From positions 1 through 43,285 of the forward strand of contig DAIDTM010000108.1 of the NCBI GenBank assembly GCA_027457205.1: a stretch of 43,285 nucleotides of DNA. Reading direction: 5' to 3'. The stretch comes from Anaerolineae bacterium (GTDB lineage Bacteria > Chloroflexota > Anaerolineae > UBA4142). A program made the position numbers and the translations under genes. Every line of letters starts with the position of its first letter. The stretch's first letter is position 1. The notes below the pieces were generated by a model that did no database searches, was not told the DNA's origin, and worked only from the letters and a program-made list of their open reading frames with translations. Of the stretch, positions 8,710 through 15,372 are shown piece after piece.

Positions 8710-10041
8710 TTATCTAGTCGCGAGCGGAAGTGTTACCCTTAATTTAGGTTTCCACGTTTCGTTGGCAATGCTGTATCGCACCATCTGAGCAATTTGGTCG
8801 TCACCCAGGAAATCAAAGGTCGTGCTGCGATATTTGCTATTTAGGAGCGCAGCCAGTCGAGTCAGTTCTTGATAATCGGAGAAACTGGCACCATTAAACT
8901 TTGCAAACGGAAATAGTTTTCCGTTCTGTTTTTCCAACTCGGGAGGTAGATGTTTTTCGTATCTCTGATAGATGTCCGTGCCCGGAGTAGGTTGGAAAGG
9001 CACTAGATTCACAGATCCAACAATGTGTGCTAACCTCGTAAGGCGTTCCACTGTGTGGTCAAGATTCTCACTGGGATACCCAACTAGAACCATCGCCGTG
9101 ATGTCTTCCGTGCGCGGCTTATACCCACCGTGCGTCAACAAAAGTTCGATTCCGCGTTCGTAAGCACTCAAATCACCCTTTGCATCGGGGTCCAATGCAC
9201 GGTCATCATGCAGGAAAATTTGGCGATATCCTGCTTCTCTCATTTTGATGACTAGGTTCTGCGTTAATGCTTTGGGAGAAAGGTTGCCCAACGCGCGCAG
9301 TTTTATGTCGAGTCCCTTTTGAATAATTAGGTCAAGCACACCCTCGAAGTGTTTTGGATTCTTGCCGGGAATCTCGTCGTCAAAAAAAGCAAATTCCCGC
9401 ACGCCCAACGCGATCTTGGCTTCGATTTCCTTTACGATTTGATTGGCAGAGCGCGACCGGTTGAGTAGAACGCCCGAGAAGTGTGGCATCCTTTCGTACA
9501 AAGAAAGATCGGTCGCTTCTGTTTTTGCTTTCTTTCCAATTGTAGAGTCAAGTCGAACTCCGCGTAATTGCTGTCTAGCGTGGTTTGGGCACAGAGAAGC
9601 ATACACGCCGCCTAAGATGATCCGCGCCTTTGGAAATCGCTTCCGAACAAGTCTAACTAAATCCCGCGTGCTTTCCCACCAAAACGTCATCATACAGGTT
9701 ACGTAAATAACATCCGGCTTCCATTTTTCTTCTTTGAGGTCTTCAATCTTATCTTCGATCTGCTCCCATGACCAGCCAAAATGCCAGCGTGCAAGTTCAT
9801 GGTTTTCAACAGAGACCGAATCCAGTTTTTTTCGCTGAACGCGCTTGCCTTGTAATGGCTGTAAACAATCAAACAGCCGCACACCATAACCGCGTTCAAG
9901 TAGTAGGCTTCCAACTTGGAGTAATCCAAGTGGTTGATGCCAACGTGCCCAGTCGAGGCGAATGTCATAAACCGGTGGAGAGACGAGCAAGATTCGCTGT
10001 TGTTGGGTGTGCTGCTTTTTCAAAGATTTGCGTTTCATCAT
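8710..10041 (-). CDS. Radical-SAM-like paralog of 7169..8698 lacking the CX3CX2C cluster (probable pseudoenzyme partner)
   Basis: 443 aa. It aligns by eye to the downstream protein along its whole length: PP[IV]YD, QP.GLL, MT[YF]WWESTRD, ILGG[IV]Y, TDLSLY, GVREFAF, GSV...F.P.PG, NGKL.PF. The segment that should hold the Cys triad is deleted (...HFSGVLLNRSRSANQIVKEIE...). Only three Cys occur (C59, C116, C151), none clustered. The ATG overlaps the upstream stop (ATGA at 10038-10041). Confidence 0.8.
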   Translation of the reverse strand: MMKRKSLKKQHTQQQRILLVSPPVYDIRLDWARWHQPLGLLQVGSLLLERGYGVRLFDCLQPLQGKRVQRKKLDSVSVENHELARWHFGWSWEQIEDKIEDLKEEKWKPDVIYVTCMMTFWWESTRDLVRLVRKRFPKARIILGGVYASLCPNHARQQLRGVRLDSTIGKKAKTEATDLSLYERMPHFSGVLLNRSRSANQIVKEIEAKIALGVREFAFFDDEIPGKNPKHFEGVLDLIIQKGLDIKLRALGNLSPKALTQNLVIKMREAGYRQIFLHDDRALDPDAKGDLSAYERGIELLLTHGGYKPRTEDITAMVLVGYPSENLDHTVERLTRLAHIVGSVNLVPFQPTPGTDIYQRYEKHLPPELEKQNGKLFPFAKFNGASFSDYQELTRLAALLNSKYRSTTFDFLGDDQIAQMVRYSIANETWKPKLRVTLPLATR

Positions 10042-10994
10042 TTGGACTGTATGCCCAGTTGACGAAGCACATCTAGTCCATCTTGCTTGCGACAGCCGGG
10101 GTGTTGGAAAGATGCAAGAACGAACTTCCCGCTATGAACTTCGACTAACGGCATTTCAACAACCTGCCCGAGTTGCTGTTTGCTAAATGCGGGCAAAGTT
10201 GTTCCTTGGGGAGTTAGAGTGAATACAAAATGAAGTAAGTGCTCTTTCCAGCCTTCATAGTACACGGGTGGATAACAATAGCAGTCGAAGGAATTTATAT
10301 GAGCGATTTGGCGGATGAACAAAGGCACAGTCGCCTTAGTGCGGTAGTGTTCGGTGCTATCTATTGCCTTTCTCTCCGAGTACCATTTCAAAATACGCTG
10401 ATGTTTTCTCGAATAGGTTTCATTACCTATCCCGGTAAGGTAGCGGGAGAGTTCTGTGCCCAATGTATGCCGAACATTCAGCGTTAGTAGCAAAAGAAAG
10501 GGATGCGCCCTTTGCAGTTCTATCAAACGTTTTAGTGCCTGAATGCGCTTTGCTTCGCCCTTACTTTTATATCCCAAGCCGCCTTGGAAATCCCAATTGT
10601 GCAAATCGTACGTCATTCTTGGATTTTTGGTGCCTTCGGTTGCCAACAAGGCCGGAGCATTACCATCTATATCGACCCCATCCAGAATAATGTTTTCCAA
10701 GAAACCTCTTCGCAATTGCCAGTTCTCACTGAACCCATCCAATATCACATTTGTCTCGAGAGCATTGACTTTCCTAAGTTGCTCTTCAACTACTTTACCC
10801 CTCTTTGTTACAACTTCAATGCCTGTCTTGAATCCCAGATACTTTCCCCAATCGTGAAAATCACGAATGTCAGGACCCGGCAAACCGAAGTAATCTAGCG
10901 GTTTCTTTATACTACGACTGAACTTGGCAATTATGGGTTTGTCCCATCTACGCCGGATTGCCTCTTTATTCTGAGTTGAAGCAAGAGGGAGCAT
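10038..10994 (-). CDS. Hypothetical protein, island-specific; possible degenerate Rossmann/methyltransferase-like fold
   Basis: 318 aa. The ATG at 10994 directly abuts the upstream TAA (TAAATG). The stop overlaps the next start. I recognise no family. Motifs DYFGLPGPD (aa 34-42) and YDLHNWDFQGG (aa 129-139) loosely recall MTase motif I and the D.DPFG-type motif IV. Confidence 0.65.
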   Translation of the reverse strand: MLPLASTQNKEAIRRRWDKPIIAKFSRSIKKPLDYFGLPGPDIRDFHDWGKYLGFKTGIEVVTKRGKVVEEQLRKVNALETNVILDGFSENWQLRRGFLENIILDGVDIDGNAPALLATEGTKNPRMTYDLHNWDFQGGLGYKSKGEAKRIQALKRLIELQRAHPFLLLLTLNVRHTLGTELSRYLTGIGNETYSRKHQRILKWYSERKAIDSTEHYRTKATVPLFIRQIAHINSFDCYCYPPVYYEGWKEHLLHFVFTLTPQGTTLPAFSKQQLGQVVEMPLVEVHSGKFVLASFQHPGCRKQDGLDVLRQLGIQSK

Positions 10995-12683
10995 TTATTT
11001 CGCCTCCCCCAGGTCGCCTAATCGTGCAGCAATATCTTCCAATAAACGCTCATAGAGATCTGTATTAATACCTATATTGTCAGCTAGGGCGTCACTAATC
11101 GCAGAAATGATTTGCACATCCTCTTCCCGCATGCGCCAACCGCTATGAGTAATCACTTGTAGTAAGTTCAATATTGGAAGCTGTTTTGGTGCACCGCTCT
11201 CTGCGCTAGGTATCGGAATTGGAAGACCAACGTCCGTTGCCGCCTTTGCACCTTTTCGCTTTCGAACGGAAACAGGAGTTTGGTCGTCGATTTCCTTTTT
11301 CACCTGTTTCTGCAGATTCTTGGCGGTTGTTATTAAGCGAGTAGCCAAGGTTCTCTTGTCGCCGCTCGCTTTACCCTTTTGGCTCTGCAAATCACTCAAA
11401 ATGTCATCAAGTGCTGAGTATGCTTGGAACTCGTCGTAGGAACCCTCTGTGACTTTCTCTTTGACTTCCTTTATCCTATCAGGAGCATTTTGGATTATCT
11501 GGTCGGCTCGACGTGAGGCTTGTGCTTCCAGCGCAATTTTCTGAAGACTTTCTTTGTTCTGTGCTCCACTCAGGGTATATTTCACTGCCGCTTCTAAAGC
11601 ATCCTTCGCGGGGCTGGCCTCAAAATCATCTCTGGCACTGGTTGGGATTACTTCTGTGCTGATCACATAAACTTCTCCAGTCCACCATGGATAAATCTGT
11701 TTTCTAGTAAAATACGAACTGAGGTAGTTCCTATCCCCAATGGTGAAACCTTTGATTTTGTAGACCAACCCAGCAAACTCTGGAAATCCCCGAGACGACA
11801 AGGACTCGCTCTTACTTGTTAGACAAGCCCAATAGTATGCCATCGGTTTCCCGTTGGAATCATAGACGAATCCAATTCTCGGTGATTCTAGGTCCGGGAT
11901 ATTTGGTTTTTCAACTGTAACAGATTTGCTTCGTTCAATCTTAAGAATTATCTTGGCCGACTTGTATCCCTCAACATTCTTCTGAAGTGCTTTTTCAATC
12001 TCCTTGCCGTACTGAAACTCGGAACTAAATCTAACCGGTAGATTTCGTAGAATATAACCGCGCATCTCGTCAAGGTTTGATAGTCGGGCTATGTGTGTGT
12101 CGCTTAAGTTTTCCAGCTGTATCATTGTGAATGCCATTCCCTTACGTGTACTCTTGGCGAAGTGGTAAGCGATATGCCTATGAAGAAGCGTCGCCAGAGG
12201 AATGACTGGACGATTGGGGTCCTGTCGAGCGGCATCAAGTTTGTGCCGCATCTCACCGAATTCGAATTCAAGAATATGCTCCATCTCTTCCCCAGCGGTC
12301 TTGGTACGAATCACCAGGCGGTTACATAGATCAAATCCAGAATATATTCCGATGCCCCTAAATCCAACGTTTGACATGATGTCTTTTTGGGAAATAGCAA
12401 ACTCACGAGCTTGAAGAAGCTTGTTGTAATCCATTCCGTCGCCATAATCGAGTATGAATACAGAATTTCCCGTGACTTGAATTTCGACTGTCTCGGCATT
12501 CGCGTCTATCGAGTTTTGAGCATATTCTCTAATCGCATCCAAAGGATCTGTGTATAAACCTTTTGAAAGTATGTTTAATAACTCGCCTCCAATTTGACTT
12601 TCTGCAAGAGGGGGGTTGAAAGATTGCCCCTCTCTCAGATCTTTGGGAAATTGGCTTGTTGGTATTGTATCTAGTTTCGGCAT
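10995..12683 (-). CDS. GHKL-superfamily ATPase, Hsp90/MORC-like (HATPase_c_3-type) with a long helical, Lys-rich C-terminal region
   Basis: 562 aa. Has an N-box LYTDPLDAIREYAQNSIDA (compare Hsp90 LYSNKEIFLRELISN.SDA), DYGDGMD (DxGxG), and the G-box GFRGIGIYSGF (compare Hsp90 GQFGVGFYSAF). AAGGAG lies 6 nt before the ATG at 12683. Confidence 0.85.
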   Translation of the reverse strand: MPKLDTIPTSQFPKDLREGQSFNPPLAESQIGGELLNILSKGLYTDPLDAIREYAQNSIDANAETVEIQVTGNSVFILDYGDGMDYNKLLQAREFAISQKDIMSNVGFRGIGIYSGFDLCNRLVIRTKTAGEEMEHILEFEFGEMRHKLDAARQDPNRPVIPLATLLHRHIAYHFAKSTRKGMAFTMIQLENLSDTHIARLSNLDEMRGYILRNLPVRFSSEFQYGKEIEKALQKNVEGYKSAKIILKIERSKSVTVEKPNIPDLESPRIGFVYDSNGKPMAYYWACLTSKSESLSSRGFPEFAGLVYKIKGFTIGDRNYLSSYFTRKQIYPWWTGEVYVISTEVIPTSARDDFEASPAKDALEAAVKYTLSGAQNKESLQKIALEAQASRRADQIIQNAPDRIKEVKEKVTEGSYDEFQAYSALDDILSDLQSQKGKASGDKRTLATRLITTAKNLQKQVKKEIDDQTPVSVRKRKGAKAATDVGLPIPIPSAESGAPKQLPILNLLQVITHSGWRMREEDVQIISAISDALADNIGINTDLYERLLEDIAARLGDLGEAK

Positions 12684-12717
12684 TATAGACTCCTTGTCTT
12701 CACGGTTTTCAGATGAG

Positions 12718-13836
12718 TCATCTCAGGCAGTTACAGTTCGCATTGCACAAGTTCAAAGATCGCCGAATACTGTGGCTCTCCTTGCACAATGAGAACGCTA
12801 CCCTGTTGCCCCACAACGCACGTACTTGACGATGAATTGTGGAATAAACATTGGCGCGTACGGAATCAGGAATATGCCAATGGCTACCATCTTTTTCCAT
12901 ATTGTCAGGTTGCCATCCCATTGGAGGCAAGCCCCAACGCTCTGCACACGCCAGCAATTGGTTGTTTTTTTCGCGGTACGTTCCAACTGTAATATACTCA
13001 GGACGATGTCCGTCTTTATGCGCTTGGGCAAAGAATTCTGAGTATATATCCTCCCAGCCATCGGGTGTTAGAATAGGATCGATTCGCCAACGATAGTGAT
13101 AGCCCCATGATTGCACCTTTAGTCCAGCTTCTAGCCGCTTGCTGATTGGCGGAGTGATGCCTTCCCACAAATCCGCGATAGATTGGGGATTCAGCGAAAA
13201 CGAAACTACTACTCGGTCATTGTGCGGCAGGTCTTTCAGTTGGTCAACGTTCGCACTCTTGGTGAGGAGGATTAGTTTACAGCATTTAGGATTTGTACTT
13301 GTCTCACCAAACATTGGAATCACCCATTGGCTTATGTTCGTGTAACGGTCGTAGAGAAGACTATCAGAGCAATCGATACCCAGCCCGAGTGTTTCAGTCG
13401 AGCGGCGTTTTGAATCCAGTAGCCATGCTTGAATGTCGCGCTTCATTGTATTGTAGTTGGTATAAATCAGATGGCGGCGCGGATCGCGACGAATGCGATG
13501 CGTCAGCATCAAGAAACAACTACGGCATTGTAATCCACACGCGCCGCTACCAATAGCGACATCGTACCATATCGGAGGACAAAATGAGGTGAGGTGATCT
13601 TCAGTCGACATTCGCCAGGGTTTGATGAATGAAGAACGTCGTTCTGTTTCCAAAATACTTACTGGTGCGTCAAGCCCTGTGATCTCGGGAGGTAATGTAA
13701 CTTGGCGCCATTCGCCCATCGCAACTTGTTGATCAACCCACCAACTGACTGGTTTTTCTCGATGAGAAGTATGAGCGTCGCCGGTAACCAGAAGAAAGGG
13801 GTTTGCATCCTTGGTTCGCCTCAGGTCAATCGTCAC
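12718..13836 (-). CDS. Radical SAM protein of the spore-photoproduct-lyase (SplB/COG1533-like) family
   Basis: ACGLQCRSC is a CX3CX2C triad (nt 13516-13539). KLILLTKSANVDQL...VVVSFSLNPQSIADLWEGITPPISKRLEAGLKVQSWGYHYRWRIDPI matches the SPL-family core pattern I recall (LLTKS...SLNP...E..tp....RL.A......GY......PI). The ORF is open to TTG 13860. GTG 13836 has a perfect SD (GGGAGG, 5-nt spacer), so I call that start. The C-terminus has a Cys cluster, CNANCNC. Confidence 0.8.
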   Translation of the reverse strand: MTIDLRRTKDANPFLLVTGDAHTSHREKPVSWWVDQQVAMGEWRQVTLPPEITGLDAPVSILETERRSSFIKPWRMSTEDHLTSFCPPIWYDVAIGSGACGLQCRSCFLMLTHRIRRDPRRHLIYTNYNTMKRDIQAWLLDSKRRSTETLGLGIDCSDSLLYDRYTNISQWVIPMFGETSTNPKCCKLILLTKSANVDQLKDLPHNDRVVVSFSLNPQSIADLWEGITPPISKRLEAGLKVQSWGYHYRWRIDPILTPDGWEDIYSEFFAQAHKDGHRPEYITVGTYREKNNQLLACAERWGLPPMGWQPDNMEKDGSHWHIPDSVRANVYSTIHRQVRALWGNRVAFSLCKESHSIRRSLNLCNANCNCLR

Positions 13837-13898
13837 ATAAGCCTCCCTTGCTAGCTTCAAGGGGATGCATCAAGAGGAACGGTTGTTCGATGACCAGC

Positions 13899-13927
13899 AT
13901 TATAGCATATCGGGCGCGCGGCGTCAA
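13899..13927 (-). promoter_or_regulatory. Near-consensus sigma70 promoter of the island operon
   Basis: Read on the minus strand: TTGACG (13927-13922), 17-nt spacer, TGcTATAAT with the extended -10 (TATAAT = 13904-13899). It lies about 60 nt upstream of the GTG at 13836. Confidence 0.55.
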
Positions 13928-14018
13928 CGCGAAAACGAATATTACAGGAAGCGTGATTCTACGATGCAAAACGGAGCGCCGCGTTACCACAGCACTCCGT
14001 TGAATTCGCGCGATGGCT

Positions 14019-14771
14019 CTATCGCGATGCGCCCGGCGTCGTGGCGACCTTTGACGCCGCTTTGGGCTTGGGAAGCATAAAACGCGAGAGGAAGAGCGCC
14101 AGCTCAAAGAGGATGAGCATCGGCACCATCACCACCATCGGCGCGACAATGGGATCGGACACCGGCGTGATGAGCTCGGCAAAGACGAAGAGCACGAAAT
14201 ACGCGATGCGGCGCTGCTTGCGGAGAAAGTCGGGCGTGACCAGACCGAGTTTCATCAGGATCAGCATGAGGATCGGCAATTCAAACGCGAGACCCACGGC
14301 GATCATGAAATAGACGACGAACGAGATGTACTGGTCTGCCCCCGGCAAATACGTGAGCGAGCTGCCGAACATCGCGCGCATGACGGTCACCATATTTGCC
14401 AGCATCAGGTAGCCAAACAAGTTTCCCAGCAAGAACAGAAACACCATGCCGGCGACGCCGGGAATGACGTACCTCTTTTCGCTACGCGTCAAGCCGGGCT
14501 CGAGGTATCGCACTGTTTGGTAAAGCCACACCGGCGCGGCAAGCGTCACTCCGCCGTATAGCGCGATGCGAAAGTGAATCAGAAAGCCATCCATCAGACC
14601 GTGCGTGACGAGTTTGAGATCGCCGGCGGGACGGGTTAGAATCTCCAAAATCGCATCGGAGAAAACGTACGAGAGCGCGGTGGTTACGAGGATGGCGATA
14701 ATCGATATAATCAGACGGCTGCGGAGTTCTTCGATATGTTCCAGAACTCCCATCCGCTTTTCTTCTGTCAT
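14019..14771 (-). CDS. tatC: Twin-arginine translocase subunit TatC
   Basis: 250 aa. Contains VLEHIEELRSRLI, and the six-TM layout typical of TatC runs through the sequence. Confidence 0.95.
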   Translation of the reverse strand: MTEEKRMGVLEHIEELRSRLIISIIAILVTTALSYVFSDAILEILTRPAGDLKLVTHGLMDGFLIHFRIALYGGVTLAAPVWLYQTVRYLEPGLTRSEKRYVIPGVAGMVFLFLLGNLFGYLMLANMVTVMRAMFGSSLTYLPGADQYISFVVYFMIAVGLAFELPILMLILMKLGLVTPDFLRKQRRIAYFVLFVFAELITPVSDPIVAPMVVMVPMLILFELALFLSRFMLPKPKAASKVATTPGASR

Positions 14772-14871
14772 ATTGCCGAATCGTCCTTACATCACGTCGA
14801 GTAGGTCAAACAGAAAGAGATGCCAGAGCGGCATCCCCTCCCGTTTCCAATCGCAAAACGATCGACCTGTG

Positions 14872-15153
14872 TTACTGCGCCGCGCCGCACTCGGGGCAGA
14901 ATTTCATACCAGCGTTAATGAACTTGTTGCAGCTCTTGCACGCGACCTGGGCGACCGGCTCTTCCTTCCTCACTTCCACCGGTTTCTGGACTTCGTCAGT
15001 AAAACCTTGCGTTGCTTCCCTAGTGGCGGATTGGAATTCTTTGAGCGTCTTTCCGACCGCGCGCCCGATCTCCGGCAAGCGCGAGGGACCAAAAATGATC
15101 AGCGCGGCCACAGCAATGATGACCAAATGAGTGGGCTGTAAACCGAACGGCAT
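14872..15153 (-). CDS. tatA: Twin-arginine translocase TatA/E-family protein fused to a C-terminal zinc-ribbon
   Basis: 93 aa from ATG 15153, with AAAGGAG 8 nt upstream; the ORF track extends to 15210. [41 protein letters not shown] is the canonical TatA TM plus amphipathic helix. The C-terminus [19 protein letters not shown] is a CxxC...CxxC ribbon. Confidence 0.85.
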   Translation of the reverse strand: MPFGLQPTHLVIIAVAALIIFGPSRLPEIGRAVGKTLKEFQSATREATQGFTDEVQKPVEVRKEEPVAQVACKSCNKFINAGMKFCPECGAAQ

Positions 15154-15210
15154 TTCAAACACTCCTTTCAACTCGAACGCGTCTACGGCGACGCGCAACC
15201 TTCCATCCAA

Positions 15211-15239
15211 ATTGTATCACATAATGCGTCGCCGCGCAA
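15211..15239 (-). promoter_or_regulatory. Putative tatA promoter
   Basis: Minus strand: TTGCGC (15239-15234), 17 nt, TGaTACAAT with the extended -10 (TACAAT = 15216-15211). About 58 nt upstream of ATG 15153. Confidence 0.4.
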
Positions 15240-15372
15240 ATTCTGACGGCGAACATCTTGCGCTAGTCGAATCTCTCGTGTTATACTGCGAATATCCTCG
15301 GCTCGTCCATTGGACGGTGTCAGCGTTTGTTTTGATCCGTGCTTATTCGTATCGTATCAAAGGGGGGCGGGT

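Larger units (their letters stand above)
7100..13930 (-). other. AT-richer genomic island carrying a five-gene radical-SAM/GHKL operon; no mobility genes
   Basis: Hand GC counts: 8701-8760 = 25/60 and 11041-11100 = 22/60 inside the island. Flanks gave 5041-5100 = 39/60 and 14101-14160 = 35/60. The block has its own promoter (13899-13927) and terminator (7124-7166). Boundaries are approximate. Confidence 0.7.

Noticed and set aside
7169-13860. RiPP or natural-product interpretation of the radical SAM island (B12-type rSAM enzymes often tailor peptides)
   Set aside because: There is no intergenic space or small co-directional ORF for a precursor peptide, and no protease, transporter or cyclodehydratase. 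The only small ORFs (9699..9968, 12311..12499, 12798..13061) lie inside larger genes in other frames. It is kept only as a minority alternative under the main finding.
13968-14001. Possible tatC terminator hairpin (AACGGAG ... CTCCGTT)
   Set aside because: It has only a 7-bp stem with an 18-nt loop and no convincing U-tract on the minus strand. That is too weak to report as a feature.
7087-14018. Mobile-element hallmarks for the island (integrase, transposase, tRNA target, terminal or direct repeats)
   Set aside because: None was found by eye. The only shared border sequence is an 8-mer (CGAATATT), which is not significant. I therefore typed it as a compositional island, not a mobile element.
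13826-14107. 93-aa minus-strand ORF spanning the island promoter region and the tatC 3' end
   Set aside because: It overlaps tatC out of frame and covers the promoter elements. It is Arg-rich with no SD, so it is judged spurious.
15240-15372. Possible purine (guanine/xanthine) riboswitch in the xpt leader
   Set aside because: I looked for the conserved purine-riboswitch core (UAUAAU junction, P2/P3 loops, the UUUCUACC-type J2-3) and did not find it. Only a weak promoter-like TTGCGC...TATACT and short hairpins are present. A Rfam/Infernal scan would settle it.
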